A DNA stretch of 64,000 nucleotides from an uncultured Mycoplasmatota bacterium (GTDB lineage: Bacteria > Bacillota_I > Bacilli_A > RF39 > UBA660), in the NCBI GenBank assembly GCA_900551525.1, contig URWD01000002.1, positions 1,152 to 65,151 on the forward strand. Direction: 5' to 3'. The position numbers were made by a program, and so were the translations under genes. The notes beneath the pieces were generated by a model. The model was given only the letters and a program-made list of their open reading frames with translations, was not told the DNA's origin and made no database searches. Positions 35,370 to 46,042 of this stretch are shown piece after piece (position 1 is the first letter of the stretch; each line of letters opens with the position of its first letter).

Positions 35370-36114
35370 AACCAATTAATTTTAACGCTAGATACATTCC
35401 AAATGTAATCGCAGAAGTAATTATTAAAATTAAACTTGTATATCCAGCCATTCCCATTCTATCTTTTTTATTAAGCTCATTTAAATAATCTACATTTTTA
35501 TCAAATTCACTATAACCACCAAATTCAGGTTTTGTTCGTGTTAAAGTCATTTCTTTTCCCATTGTATTTGATTGTTGTTGATTCATACTAGTCATCTCAT
35601 CATTATATGCATTAGAAACCATTTGATAAGCGTTATAAGCATTTGGATTTGCAAGTCTTCTAGCTTCTTCAATAATTTTCTTAGTAGCCATAAAATCTGT
35701 TATAAACATCCTAACACTTTCGTTTTGATAATATTTATCAAAAAATTGTGCATTTCTAGCATAAATATTTAATTTATCAATATATTGACTAACATATTTT
35801 TTTATAGTTTCTTCTTCATCTTCAGTTATTATAAGTTGATTAAAATATTCCTCAATTTGAGCATTTTTATTCCCAGTTTGATAAAATCCATCTTTAAAAT
35901 AAATAAAAATATCTTCAGGATTCATATTAAAAAATACAGGATCAATTCTACTTAAACCATAACCGGAAAGCTTAACGTAATTTCCTTCATACACCAAACT
36001 ATCAGTTGGGATATCATAAGAAAATTCAGCTAAATTTGGGTATGTTTTTTGATAGTTTCTTAGTATCATATCATTATAGCTCACAACATTTTCATTATTT
36101 ATAATGTCACTCAT
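35368..36114 (-). CDS. Hypothetical protein with C-terminal TM
   Basis: A 248-aa ORF with the C-terminal TM GYTSLILIITSAITFGMYLAL. I recognise no motif. Confidence 0.5.
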   Translation of the reverse strand: MSDIINNENVVSYNDMILRNYQKTYPNLAEFSYDIPTDSLVYEGNYVKLSGYGLSRIDPVFFNMNPEDIFIYFKDGFYQTGNKNAQIEEYFNQLIITEDEEETIKKYVSQYIDKLNIYARNAQFFDKYYQNESVRMFITDFMATKKIIEEARRLANPNAYNAYQMVSNAYNDEMTSMNQQQSNTMGKEMTLTRTKPEFGGYSEFDKNVDYLNELNKKDRMGMAGYTSLILIITSAITFGMYLALKLIG

Positions 36115-36333
36115 GTTAAATCAACACTCCTATTTTCTAGTATTAAGTTTATCAAATATTAATAAAAATTACAATATCTATTTTTTAATAATTATTAAAT
36201 TTAATTTAAAAAAAACAAAAAAATAGGTAATTTTTAACCAAATTTTATAATTAATCTTATAAAAATTAATAAATTTCTAATTTTGAAATAAAAATAAAAA
36301 ATGATAAAGTGGACTTGAAAGGAGGTAAAATTA

Positions 36334-36711
36334 ATGAATCAAGTAATATTAGTTGGAAGATTATCTCAAGACCCTGAATATGAAATAACGGAAACTGGTA
36401 AAAAAAGAACTATAATAAATATTGCTGTAACTAGAGGTTTTAAAAATTCTGAAGGAAAATATGAAACAGATTTTATCAGATGTGTTCTTTGGAATGGTAT
36501 GGCATCAGCCACAAAAGATTATTGCCATACTGGAGATACAATTGGCATCAAAGGTCGTGTACAAAATAGTAGTTATGTAAATGATCAAAATGAAACAAAA
36601 TATATCACAGAAATAATTGCAGAAAGAATATCATTTATAGCATCATCAAATAAAAATCGTGGACTTCGTGAAGTTTCAGATGAAGATGATGCAATCATTG
36701 AATGTTTCTAA
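36334..36711 (+). CDS. ssb: Single-stranded DNA-binding protein (short paralog)
   Basis: RBS AAGGAGG precedes the start. The OB fold is MNQVILVGRLSQDPE...FIRCVLWNGMA...GDTIGIKGRVQNSSY. The acidic tail DEDDAIIECF differs from the canonical DDDLPF. Confidence 0.8.
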   Translation: MNQVILVGRLSQDPEYEITETGKKRTIINIAVTRGFKNSEGKYETDFIRCVLWNGMASATKDYCHTGDTIGIKGRVQNSSYVNDQNETKYITEIIAERISFIASSNKNRGLREVSDEDDAIIECF

Positions 36712-36757
36712 CATCTTCTTTTTTCAAAGGCATATACTTAACTAAGGTGATTTTAAA

Positions 36758-37534
36758 TTGAAACATTTTCGAAATATTGGCATTCTTGCTATTGCAGCCT
36801 TTAGTTTTATTTACACAGAAAAAATAGCTAATTTAACACTTGAAAATAGTGAAATTTATCAAAAGATTAAGAGTGAAGAAGGAGAGTTTAATGAAGCATT
36901 TGTAAATGCAGAAATTACTGATAAGTATATAACTCCGGGATTAAATGGCAAAGTAGTAAACATCAAAAATAGTTTCTATAACATGAAAGATTTAAATGCC
37001 TTCAATTCCTATTATTTAATTTTTGATACATCTTACCCCGAAGTTACACTTGAAAATAATAAAGATAAAATAGTAAACAAAGGCAATCGTTACAAAAAAA
37101 GTGTTTCTTTCATATTAGAATATGATAAAGAATTAATAAATTACTTTAAAGAAAATAATATTGAAGCAAGCATACTTGTTACTATGGACAATTTTAATAA
37201 AAATGAAAATTTAGAGCAAATCAATAATGAGGTAAATAAATATAAAGACTTAGAAGCACTAATAAATAAGTATAGTAATAATACTCATATCTGCTATGTA
37301 ACAAATAAAAATGAAAAAATATGTCGTAAAAACCAAAAATACTTGGTAAAAACTGATAAAATATTAAACAATAACACTTTCATAACTCTTAAAAATTCGA
37401 TTGAATCAGGTGACATATACTATGTAGAAAAAAATGCAGATGTTAAAAATATTAAGATATTAATTAATAGTATTATTTATAAAGATTTAGACATTATTTC
37501 TTTAAGTAGGATGCTAAGTGAAGAAAGAGATTGA
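36758..37534 (+). CDS. N-anchored hypothetical protein
   Basis: RBS AAGGTGA 36744-36750 precedes TTG 36758. The TM is IGILAIAAFSFIY. Confidence 0.45.
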   Translation: MKHFRNIGILAIAAFSFIYTEKIANLTLENSEIYQKIKSEEGEFNEAFVNAEITDKYITPGLNGKVVNIKNSFYNMKDLNAFNSYYLIFDTSYPEVTLENNKDKIVNKGNRYKKSVSFILEYDKELINYFKENNIEASILVTMDNFNKNENLEQINNEVNKYKDLEALINKYSNNTHICYVTNKNEKICRKNQKYLVKTDKILNNNTFITLKNSIESGDIYYVEKNADVKNIKILINSIIYKDLDIISLSRMLSEERD

Positions 37535-37604
37535 TTTAATTTAAGTTTTTTGGTATAATTTATTTACCGAAGAACTTATTTTTTTTAAATGAAGGTGATA
37601 ATAT

Positions 37605-39239
37605 ATGAGTAAAATAAAGATTTTTGGTTTGGGAGGACTTTCTGAAAGTGGAAAGAATTCCTATGTAATTGAAGTGGATGACGAAATATATGTTTTTGAT
37701 GCCGGAATAAAATTTGCTAGTGGAAATTTACTAGGAATTGATTACATTATGCCTGATTTTAGTTATCTAGTTAAAAATAAAAAAAGAATTAAAGGTTTAT
37801 TTATAACCCATGGACATCCAGAAAATATGGGAGCTGTCCGTGACCTTTTAAAAGATATTCCATCGTTAAAAGTATATGCCACAAAATATACTAAATTTGA
37901 ACTTATGGAAGATGGCGTAAATGAAAATAATATTGAATTAATTAAACCACACAAGAAAATTAATTTTGGTAATGTTTCTATATTTCCAATTTCTGTTTCA
38001 CATTCTGTACCAGATGCAGTTATGTATGTTGTAAATACTAAAGATGGAGCAATATGTTATACTGGAGATTTCATTATTGACCCAAGTATGCAAGGTGCTT
38101 ATGATATGGATATAGGTAAAATTGCCTATATTGGTAAACAAGGAGTATTATGTTTATTATGTGAATCTTCTTTTGCAGAAAAAAATGGTCATACATCTCC
38201 GAAACACAGACTTGTAAGCTTTTTTGAAGATGTCATAAAACATCATGACAAAAGAATTATTTTTTCTGTATTGCCAACACATTTATATACAATATCTGAA
38301 ATATTTGAAGCTGCAGCAAATTCGCATCGTAAGATAGTTTTAATGGGAAAAAGACTTCAAAATGTATTAAATTTTGCAAGTAAAGAAGGCTACATGCATT
38401 ATAATGAAGAATTACTAGGGGATTTATCAAATATTAATGATGATAATGCCATTCTTTTAGTAATGGATGATAGAACAACGCCTTATGCTAACATGAATAA
38501 AATTCTAAACGGCTACGATAAATTTATTACACTAAAACCAACAGACACAATAGTTTTCGCAGAACCACGTTATGACAGTACTGAAAAAGTTTTAGTAAAA
38601 CTTCAAAATGAACTTGCTAAATTTGGCTGCAATATTGAAACTATTGATAAAGAAAAAGAAATACTACATCATGCATCACGTGAAGATTTAATGCTAATGA
38701 TTAAGCTAATAAATCCGAAATTCTATATGCCAGTAAAAGGTGAATATCGTTACATGGTAAATAATGCTAATCTAGCAAGTAACTTAGGAATTCCAGATAG
38801 TAACATTTTACTTAAACAAAATGGAGATGTTGTGACATTTGAAAATGGTAAACTTATAGATAACTTTGCCAGAATTAAAGTAGATGATGTTTTAATAGAT
38901 GGAACAAGTAATGATGATATTGGGGATTTAGTTATCAAAGATAGAGAAATGCTTTCGGAAAATGGTATAGTACTAATTAGTGCCACAGTTGACAAGAAAG
39001 ATAAAGTTCTACTTGTGGGTCCAGAAGTTACAACCCGTGGATTTATCTATGTTAAAGATTCTGCAGACATGATTAAAGAGATAAAAGTAATATGTGAAGC
39101 CATTATTAATAGAAATATAACTCCAAAATACATTGATTTTAATCAAATAAAAGTTGAAATAAGAGAAGAACTAAGTAGATACTTATATGAACAAACAGAA
39201 TGTAAACCAATGATAATTGCGGTTGTTCAAGAAGTATAA
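37605..39239 (+). CDS. rnj: Ribonuclease J family protein (J2-like; non-canonical motif II)
   Basis: It has the beta-CASP metallo-beta-lactamase layout: KIFGLGGLSESGKN, ITHGHPENMG (canonical HGHEDH), VSHSVPDA and YTGDF, plus a C-terminal domain, at 544 aa. Confidence 0.85.
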   Translation: MSKIKIFGLGGLSESGKNSYVIEVDDEIYVFDAGIKFASGNLLGIDYIMPDFSYLVKNKKRIKGLFITHGHPENMGAVRDLLKDIPSLKVYATKYTKFELMEDGVNENNIELIKPHKKINFGNVSIFPISVSHSVPDAVMYVVNTKDGAICYTGDFIIDPSMQGAYDMDIGKIAYIGKQGVLCLLCESSFAEKNGHTSPKHRLVSFFEDVIKHHDKRIIFSVLPTHLYTISEIFEAAANSHRKIVLMGKRLQNVLNFASKEGYMHYNEELLGDLSNINDDNAILLVMDDRTTPYANMNKILNGYDKFITLKPTDTIVFAEPRYDSTEKVLVKLQNELAKFGCNIETIDKEKEILHHASREDLMLMIKLINPKFYMPVKGEYRYMVNNANLASNLGIPDSNILLKQNGDVVTFENGKLIDNFARIKVDDVLIDGTSNDDIGDLVIKDREMLSENGIVLISATVDKKDKVLLVGPEVTTRGFIYVKDSADMIKEIKVICEAIINRNITPKYIDFNQIKVEIREELSRYLYEQTECKPMIIAVVQEV

Positions 39240-39280
39240 TTTATAAAAAATCACTCATACTATAAATGGGTGATTTTTAA

Positions 39281-39697
39281 ATGAATGATGTAGAAGCATT
39301 AAATGAACTATATAAAGTAGTTACAATGGGAATAATAGGAATTGATGAAGTAAAAGGGCATATCGAGGATAAAGCATTAGCAAAAACTATGAGTGATGCC
39401 AAGAAAAAATACATGGTAAATAAAATGGATATTACAAACATGTTAAAAGAACTTGGTGAAGAGCCAACAGAAATAAACATAATCATCAAAATGTTTAATG
39501 AAATTTATACAGGAATAGAATTAATTAAGTGTGATGATGCAAAAATAGCAAAAATGTTAACTGAAGGAACTAATAAAGGCATTATCAAAGTTGAAGAAAT
39601 ACTGAACTCTGAAACTGATAAAAAAGTAACTGAACTTGCTGAAGAATTATTAGAACTTTTAGAATTTCAAATTAAATCATGGAAATCATATCTTTGA
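39281..39697 (+). CDS. Hypothetical helical protein
   Basis: A 138-aa ORF with codon usage like its neighbours. I recognise no motif. Confidence 0.45.
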   Translation: MNDVEALNELYKVVTMGIIGIDEVKGHIEDKALAKTMSDAKKKYMVNKMDITNMLKELGEEPTEINIIIKMFNEIYTGIELIKCDDAKIAKMLTEGTNKGIIKVEEILNSETDKKVTELAEELLELLEFQIKSWKSYL

Positions 39698-39775
39698 TAT
39701 TTTTAGTATAAAATTTTAACCTCTTGACAATAATTAAAAAAAGTTATATTATATCTAGGCATTCGAGGGGAAATT

Positions 39776-40351
39776 ATGATTAAAAATAATATTGAAGAAA
39801 AAAATAGTAAAAGAAAAGAAGAAATTGACCAGATAATAGGTAATTTAGAACTTGTCCAAAATGATTTAAAGGTACTATTATTAGAAGAGGATACAAAATT
39901 ATCAATAGAAAAAGGTAGATTATCTGAGCTTAGTTCATTATCAACAAAACTCAGAAATAAAAAAGACAGAGGAACAAATGATTTTTTAATGAGCACAACA
40001 ATTTTTTTATCGATAGTATTAATGCAAGCTATAACTTCACTTGGAACTTTGTTTTATTTAGTTTTAGTTATCTATTTATTAAAAGTTCCTAAATTCATAA
40101 AGTTATACAAAATGATAAAAAATAAGGATATTGAGAATTTAGAAAATGCTAAAAGTGATATTAAAAATAAAATAGATGAGTCTTTATATTACAAAAGAAT
40201 GTTAGAACAAAGGATTCGAAAAACACAATATAAAATTGAAGAAATGGCAGTTGAAAAAAGTGTTTTAGATGACATTAATTTTTATTTTGAAAATCAAGAA
40301 GAAATTAAATGTGATAGAGAATTTAATCTTCAAAGAACAAGACAAATGTAA
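39776..40351 (+). CDS. Hypothetical membrane protein with coiled-coil flanks
   Basis: RBS GAGGGG precedes the start. It has central TMs (TIFLSIVLMQAITSLGTLFYLVLVIYLL). Confidence 0.45.
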   Translation: MIKNNIEEKNSKRKEEIDQIIGNLELVQNDLKVLLLEEDTKLSIEKGRLSELSSLSTKLRNKKDRGTNDFLMSTTIFLSIVLMQAITSLGTLFYLVLVIYLLKVPKFIKLYKMIKNKDIENLENAKSDIKNKIDESLYYKRMLEQRIRKTQYKIEEMAVEKSVLDDINFYFENQEEIKCDREFNLQRTRQM

Positions 40352-40479
40352 GTTTTTATTTTCATACTTGTTATGGCACAAAAAAGTATTGGAATAGATA
40401 TATTATCAAATACTTTAAAAAATGAAGTTGTACCATATTGTTTAAGTAGAAAATTAATAAAATGAGCAAAAAAATATTA

Positions 40480-40508
40480 AAAAAGATAGATTAATCTATC
40501 TTTTTTTT
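40480..40508 (+). terminator. Rho-independent terminator
   Basis: Stem AAAAGATAGA (40481-40490) pairs with TCTATCTTTT (40495-40504), with loop TTAA and then a T-run. TATAAT at 40510-40515 follows immediately and is a candidate ackA -10. Confidence 0.65.
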
Positions 40509-40534
40509 GTATAATAGAAGAAGAGGTGAAAGAA

Positions 40535-41722
40535 ATGAAAATATTAGCAGTAAATGCAGGTAGTTCATCATTAAAATTTACATTAATTGAATTACCAGAA
40601 AAAAATGTCGTAGCAAGTGGATTGTTCGAAAAAATAGGTATAAATGGTTCTTGTTATACAATTAAATATAATGGAGAAAAAGTTAAAAAAGAAGTAAATT
40701 TAGTAGATCATTCAGTTGCTGTAAGAATATTAATGGAAGAACTTATTAATATGGGAATAATAAGTTCATTAGATGAAATTGAAGGAGTAGGACATCGTAT
40801 GGTTCATGGTGGACAAGAATTCACAGAATCAGTTGTATTAACAGAAGATGTTCTAGCTAGAGTTGCTAAATATAATGAATTAGCACCACTTCATAATCCA
40901 GCCAATATCATGGGAGTAAAAGCTTTCATGAAGGCATTACCAAATACAATTCAAGTTGGTGTATTTGATACAGCATTCCATACAACAATGAAAGAAGCTG
41001 AATATTTATATCCAGTTCCATATGAATGGTATGAAAAATATGGTGTTAGAAAATATGGTTTCCATGGTACAAGTCATAGATTCATTAACAAAACAATTAG
41101 TGAATATTTTGGTAGAAATGATTTAAAAGTTATCTCTTGTCACATTGGTAATGGTGGTTCTATAACAGCTATTGATTCTGGAAAAGTAGTTGATACTTCT
41201 ATGGGATTTACACCACTTGCAGGTATAATGATGGGAACTCGTAGTGGTGATATTGATGCATCAATGTTATCATACTTAGAAGGCAAAACTGGTAAATCAC
41301 TTGAAGAACTTACAAATGACTTAAATAAAAAGAGTGGACTTTTAGGTGTAAGTGGAGTAAGTAGTGATTCAAGAGACGTTGAAATGGCTGCTGATGAAGG
41401 AAATGAAAGAGCAATATTAGCTCAAGAAATGTATGCTAAAAAGATAGCTAATTATATAGCAATGTATAACAATTTACTTGGTGGAGCAGATGTAATTACT
41501 CTAACTGCAGGTGTTGGTGAAAACAGTAAAACAATGCGTAAATCAATCATTGAAAAAATAGCATCTCTAGGTGTTAAAATAGATGATGAAAAAAATGATT
41601 TTCGTGGAGAATTCCGTCTTATTTCAACAGATGACTCAAAAATTCCAGTATATGTTGTTCCAACAGATGAAGAATTAATGATTGCTATGGATACTATGGA
41701 ATTAAAGAATAAAAATAACTAA
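40535..41722 (+). CDS. ackA: Acetate kinase
   Basis: RBS AGAGGTGA precedes ATG 40535. Motifs are MKILAVNAGSSSLKF, GHRMVHGG and FHGTSHRF. Confidence 0.95.
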   Translation: MKILAVNAGSSSLKFTLIELPEKNVVASGLFEKIGINGSCYTIKYNGEKVKKEVNLVDHSVAVRILMEELINMGIISSLDEIEGVGHRMVHGGQEFTESVVLTEDVLARVAKYNELAPLHNPANIMGVKAFMKALPNTIQVGVFDTAFHTTMKEAEYLYPVPYEWYEKYGVRKYGFHGTSHRFINKTISEYFGRNDLKVISCHIGNGGSITAIDSGKVVDTSMGFTPLAGIMMGTRSGDIDASMLSYLEGKTGKSLEELTNDLNKKSGLLGVSGVSSDSRDVEMAADEGNERAILAQEMYAKKIANYIAMYNNLLGGADVITLTAGVGENSKTMRKSIIEKIASLGVKIDDEKNDFRGEFRLISTDDSKIPVYVVPTDEELMIAMDTMELKNKNN

Positions 41723-41739
41723 TTAGAAAGAGTGATAAA

Positions 41740-42705
41740 ATGAAGGAAATGTACAAAAAAATAATTAAGATAATCAAAAAATATGACAAAATAGTACTGG
41801 CACGTCATATTAGTCCCGATCCAGATGCTATAGCTAGTCAAATAGCTTTAAGGGATTCAATTAAATTAACATTTCCGAATAAAGAAGTATATGCAGTAGG
41901 TGCAGGAGTTCATAAATTTAAATATTTAGGAGCTCTTGACAAACCTGATTTAAGTACTTTAAATAATTCTTTATTAATTGTACTTGATGTTCCGAACTTT
42001 TATAGGGTGGATGGTATAAATGGATTAGAATACGATGCTATTTTAAAAATTGACCATCATCCAGCAGAAGATATCGTTGGTGATGTTGACTGGACTGACT
42101 CAACTAAATCTAGTACATGTGAAATGATTGCAGAACTTCTTCTTTATAGTCCACTTGCCATGGATACCAAAATTGCTGAAGATTTATATGTAGGAATGGT
42201 TTTTGACAGTGATAGATTTTTACTACCAAACACAAGCGCTGAAACTTTAAAAACAGCATACGAACTTGTTAAAACAAGCAATATCAATTTTGTAAATCTT
42301 TATGACAATTTATATGAAAGAAGCATAAATGAAGAAAAGTTCCGTGCATATCTCATAAACAATATAGAAATAACTGAAAATAGATTTGGTTTTATCTTTG
42401 TTCCAAGTGAAGACTTAAAGAAATTTAATGTTGAACCAACAAGTGTATCAAATCAAGTTAATGATTTCTATTTTATTAAAGAACTTATGTGTTGGATGTT
42501 CGTAGTATACGATGAAAGAAATGATATTTATAAAGCAAATATCAGAAGTCGTGGACCAGTTATCAACGAAGTGGCAACAAAATATAATGGGGGAGGACAT
42601 AAATTTGCATCTGGATGTCGAACTAGTGATTATAAAGTAATTGAAGCTTTAGCTAAAGATTTAGATGCAACATGTAAAAAGTATAATGATGAAGAAAATA
42701 TCTAA
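41740..42705 (+). CDS. nrnA: DHH/DHHA1 phosphoesterase (NrnA-like oligoribonuclease / pAp phosphatase)
   Basis: Motifs are ARHISPDPDAIAS, LDVPN, KIDHHP and GGGHKFASG. Confidence 0.8.
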   Translation: MKEMYKKIIKIIKKYDKIVLARHISPDPDAIASQIALRDSIKLTFPNKEVYAVGAGVHKFKYLGALDKPDLSTLNNSLLIVLDVPNFYRVDGINGLEYDAILKIDHHPAEDIVGDVDWTDSTKSSTCEMIAELLLYSPLAMDTKIAEDLYVGMVFDSDRFLLPNTSAETLKTAYELVKTSNINFVNLYDNLYERSINEEKFRAYLINNIEITENRFGFIFVPSEDLKKFNVEPTSVSNQVNDFYFIKELMCWMFVVYDERNDIYKANIRSRGPVINEVATKYNGGGHKFASGCRTSDYKVIEALAKDLDATCKKYNDEENI

Positions 42706-43453
42706 TATAAAAAAGAAAAATAACAAATATATAATAACTCTAGGTGATAAAACTCAGCTAGAGTTTTATAGTGATACATTAATTAAATATAATTTATTAA
42801 AACCTAGAGAACTATCTGATATAGAGTTTAAGGAAATTATAAATTATAATAATTATTATGAAGCTTTCAATAAGTCATTAAAACTCATTAGTAATAAACA
42901 AAGAACAAAAAAAGAATTAGAAAATAAATTAAAAGATTATTCTAAAGAAACAATAGGTAAAGTAATTAAAAAGTTAGAAGAACTAGATTATTTAAATGAA
43001 CAAAATTACATAAGAAGTTATATCAACGATCAAATAAATCTAGGAATAAAAGGTCCAAACTATATAAAAAGAGAATTGGAAAAATTAAAGTTAAATTCAT
43101 TATATATAAACGAATCCATCGTTAGTATAGATGAGTCTATTTGGAAAGAAAAAATAGAAAAAATTATAAATAAGAAAATAAAAGCTAATAAAAATTTAAG
43201 TAGGAATAATCTTATTTTAAAACTTAAAAGTTATTTAATATCACTAGGTTATAAATCTAGTATGGTAGTAGAAATGCTCAATTTAGTAGATTTCGAAGAA
43301 AATAATTCTATATTAGAAAAAGAATATCAAAAAGAATATAAGAAATTAAATAAAAAATATAATGGGAAAGAATTAGAAAATAAAATAAAGTATAACCTTT
43401 ATAAAAAAGGCTTTTCTTTAAATGATATAGATAAAATTCAAAACAAATACTAG
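42686..43453 (+). CDS. recX: RecX-like regulatory protein
   Basis: The start is ATG 42686 or 42689, overlapping the nrnA end. It has three-helix repeats with KVIKKLEELDYLNEQNYIRSYIND. Confidence 0.6.
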   Translation: MMKKISNIKKKNNKYIITLGDKTQLEFYSDTLIKYNLLKPRELSDIEFKEIINYNNYYEAFNKSLKLISNKQRTKKELENKLKDYSKETIGKVIKKLEELDYLNEQNYIRSYINDQINLGIKGPNYIKRELEKLKLNSLYINESIVSIDESIWKEKIEKIINKKIKANKNLSRNNLILKLKSYLISLGYKSSMVVEMLNLVDFEENNSILEKEYQKEYKKLNKKYNGKELENKIKYNLYKKGFSLNDIDKIQNKY

Positions 43454-43504
43454 ATTATCACCAAAATAATTGCTATAATAATTGTATAAGATAAGGTGAT
43501 ATTA

Positions 43505-44812
43505 ATGAAGTATATGAAAATAATGATACTTGCAATAACTCTTTTACTATTAACCGGATGTGGGTGGAGTGATGTCCAAGATAAGTATGAAGATTTATTA
43601 AATCAAAATATTTCTTGTACTTATTATACAGAAGAAAAGAGTGCCTCAGACGATTTTTTTGGAGTGGGAACCATGGTATTATCTGCAGATTATAATGGTT
43701 TTTATCTAAATTTGAACAATAATAAAAAAATAGTTTTATATGACAATAATGGAGAAAATACTTATTTAGACTTTCCAACTCAATATGTTTATATGCAAAC
43801 AGATTTCAAAGAAAGTTATTTCAAAAAATATCTAGAAAATAATAGCTGTCCTTCTACAATTTATATTTATATGGGAGGAGATCCTTATTTTTCAGTTAAT
43901 AGTTGCGATGGAATAGGAGCTTGCAGTTCTTATGTTCTTAAACAAAATCAAGTAACAGATGAAAATGGTGAAAAGATTGATTGTCACTATCCAAATGCAG
44001 TTGCGTGTGCTAAAACATCAACAGAAAATACTAAACCTAAGTATTATTTAGAGTTTGGTTATTATAAAAAATCAAATGGTACAATATCAAAATATTTTGG
44101 TGTTTCATCAGATAAAAACTACAAAAATATGGAAGTTGCTATAGATGACGATGAATTGACAGTTTATGAAAATTTATCATTTTTTACGGTTACGTCAGAT
44201 GCTTCAAAAGAAATATATCTTTCTAACAATAAATTTATTGCCATGGATAAGTTAATCATAAAACCAACTGTGACAACCAACACAACTTACTTTATTACGG
44301 GACCAAATTCAACAAATTATGGAGATTTAGATGAAGTTGGTAACGAGGAAGTTCCAAACATTGATCCGGACAATTCAGAAATTGAAAATACACCGCAAGA
44401 GGATTTGGATATAACAGAAGTTGAAGTATGTGGTGCAGGAACAACATCGCTTCTTGTATTTCAAGTAATAGGTTATATAATATTAATAATAAAAATATTA
44501 GTACCAATTATATTAATAGTACTTGGAAGCATAGATTTAGGAAAAGCATCATTAAGTGGAGATGACAAAGCAGTAAAAGAAGCAGCAATTAGCTTCGCTA
44601 AAAGAGTATTAATTGGATTAATAATATTCTTCGTACCAACAATATTAGATTTCTTTTTAGGACTTGTTGAAGGCACAACTGATGTATCCAGTAAATACCG
44701 TGGATGTACAGATTGTGTACTAAATCCAAATAATAGTAGTAAATGTTCTCCAAAAAAGTTGAATGATAATAACTCTGCCCAAGATGGTGTTTCTACTAGC
44801 GGAAAATTTTAG
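43505..44812 (+). CDS. Lipoprotein with a ~300-aa extracellular domain fused to the 2-TM / C-x2-C-x6-C module (family member 3)
   Basis: AAGG 43493-43496 precedes ATG 43505. The lipobox is LLLTGC. The C-terminus reads EVCGAGTTSLLVFQVIGYIILIIKILVPIILIVLGSIDLGKASLSGDDKAVK...LIGLIIFFVPTILDFFLGLV...GCTDCVLNPNNSSKC. Confidence 0.7.
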   Translation: MKYMKIMILAITLLLLTGCGWSDVQDKYEDLLNQNISCTYYTEEKSASDDFFGVGTMVLSADYNGFYLNLNNNKKIVLYDNNGENTYLDFPTQYVYMQTDFKESYFKKYLENNSCPSTIYIYMGGDPYFSVNSCDGIGACSSYVLKQNQVTDENGEKIDCHYPNAVACAKTSTENTKPKYYLEFGYYKKSNGTISKYFGVSSDKNYKNMEVAIDDDELTVYENLSFFTVTSDASKEIYLSNNKFIAMDKLIIKPTVTTNTTYFITGPNSTNYGDLDEVGNEEVPNIDPDNSEIENTPQEDLDITEVEVCGAGTTSLLVFQVIGYIILIIKILVPIILIVLGSIDLGKASLSGDDKAVKEAAISFAKRVLIGLIIFFVPTILDFFLGLVEGTTDVSSKYRGCTDCVLNPNNSSKCSPKKLNDNNSAQDGVSTSGKF

Positions 44813-44822
44813 TAAAAGAGGT
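44384..44822. repeat. 439-nt direct repeat, copy 1 (437/439 identical to 45614-46052)
   Basis: A base-by-base comparison finds differences only at 44778 (c vs t) and 44796 (c vs g). The repeat covers the last 143 codons, the stop, and 10 nt beyond it including AAAAGAGGT. Confidence 0.95.
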
Positions 44823-44830
44823 GAAATAGA

Positions 44831-46042
44831 GTGAAAAAATATTTTTGCATAATAACTTTGTTAGCTTTATTTATTTTGCCAACATCAATTAAGGCAGAAG
44901 AATATGATTGCTACTATTATTCCAAAAATAAAAGAAGTGAGGTTGGATATAATCTTCAAGAGAAACATGTAGGATTATTTGGAAATAATTCAATTGATAT
45001 CATTAAATTTAAAGGAAAAGCACTAAACAAAAGTACAACTGGAAACAAAAGTGTTGGAGATCAAATTCCCGATAAATGTTATGAATATGTTTCAATAAAA
45101 GCATCCAAAGTTATGACTTCAGGAAGAACAACATATTCTTTTAAATTAGGTGATGATATTACTGATGTAAGTTCCCAAAGTAATGCTGATGATGTTATTT
45201 TAAAACTAAATGGTTTTCTAGAGGATAGTGAAGAAAAAATTTGTCAAAATGAAGTTAAGTCAAGCATTAATTATAACAATGACTTAGATGAACTAGATTT
45301 AGATATAAAGGCAACATATGCAGTTAGATTTAAGTTTGTAACAAAAGAAGATGGCAAAAGAGAATTTATTGTTTCATATGATGGAGCTGAAAAAAGTAGT
45401 GGGGAATTTGAAAGTACAAACGTGCCAAGTGTCAGTTTAGATAATGTAAAAAATGATAATGGTGATATTGCCACATTCGGTGTAGATAGTGAATATGTGG
45501 AAAAATTTTGGGGAGCATGCGTTGCACCATCCATGTTCAACATCAAAAAAAGTGGTTCAACCTATACCTTGTTTTCAGATAGAAAAGAAGATAATGAAAA
45601 TTATCAAAAAGAAGAAAATACACCGCAAGAGGATTTGGATATAACAGAAGTTGAAGTATGTGGTGCAGGAACAACATCGCTTCTTGTATTTCAAGTAATA
45701 GGTTATATAATATTAATAATAAAAATATTAGTACCAATTATATTAATAGTACTTGGAAGCATAGATTTAGGAAAAGCATCATTAAGTGGAGATGACAAAG
45801 CAGTAAAAGAAGCAGCAATTAGCTTCGCTAAAAGAGTATTAATTGGATTAATAATATTCTTCGTACCAACAATATTAGATTTCTTTTTAGGACTTGTTGA
45901 AGGCACAACTGATGTATCCAGTAAATACCGTGGATGTACAGATTGTGTACTAAATCCAAATAATAGTAGTAAATGTTCTCCAAAAAAGTTGAATGATAAT
46001 AACTCTGTCCAAGATGGTGTTTCTAGTAGCGGAAAATTTTAG
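44831..46042 (+). CDS. Secreted protein with a ~260-aa extracellular domain fused to the 2-TM / C-x2-C-x6-C module (family member 4)
   Basis: RBS AAAAGAGGTG precedes GTG 44831. The signal peptide is LLALFILPTSIKA/EE. The C-terminal 143 aa differ from those of 43505-44812 at only 2 residues. Confidence 0.7.
   Translation: MKKYFCIITLLALFILPTSIKAEEYDCYYYSKNKRSEVGYNLQEKHVGLFGNNSIDIIKFKGKALNKSTTGNKSVGDQIPDKCYEYVSIKASKVMTSGRTTYSFKLGDDITDVSSQSNADDVILKLNGFLEDSEEKICQNEVKSSINYNNDLDELDLDIKATYAVRFKFVTKEDGKREFIVSYDGAEKSSGEFESTNVPSVSLDNVKNDNGDIATFGVDSEYVEKFWGACVAPSMFNIKKSGSTYTLFSDRKEDNENYQKEENTPQEDLDITEVEVCGAGTTSLLVFQVIGYIILIIKILVPIILIVLGSIDLGKASLSGDDKAVKEAAISFAKRVLIGLIIFFVPTILDFFLGLVEGTTDVSSKYRGCTDCVLNPNNSSKCSPKKLNDNNSVQDGVSSSGKF

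Noticed and set aside
40373-40462. 29-codon ORF (MAQKSIGIDILSNTLKNEVVPYCLSRKLIK) in the gap before ackA
   Set aside because: It has no RBS and is too short to support without comparative or expression data.
43473-43778. 101-aa minus-strand ORF overlapping the lipoprotein gene start
   Set aside because: It is antisense to a gene with a lipobox and RBS, and its own translation is featureless.
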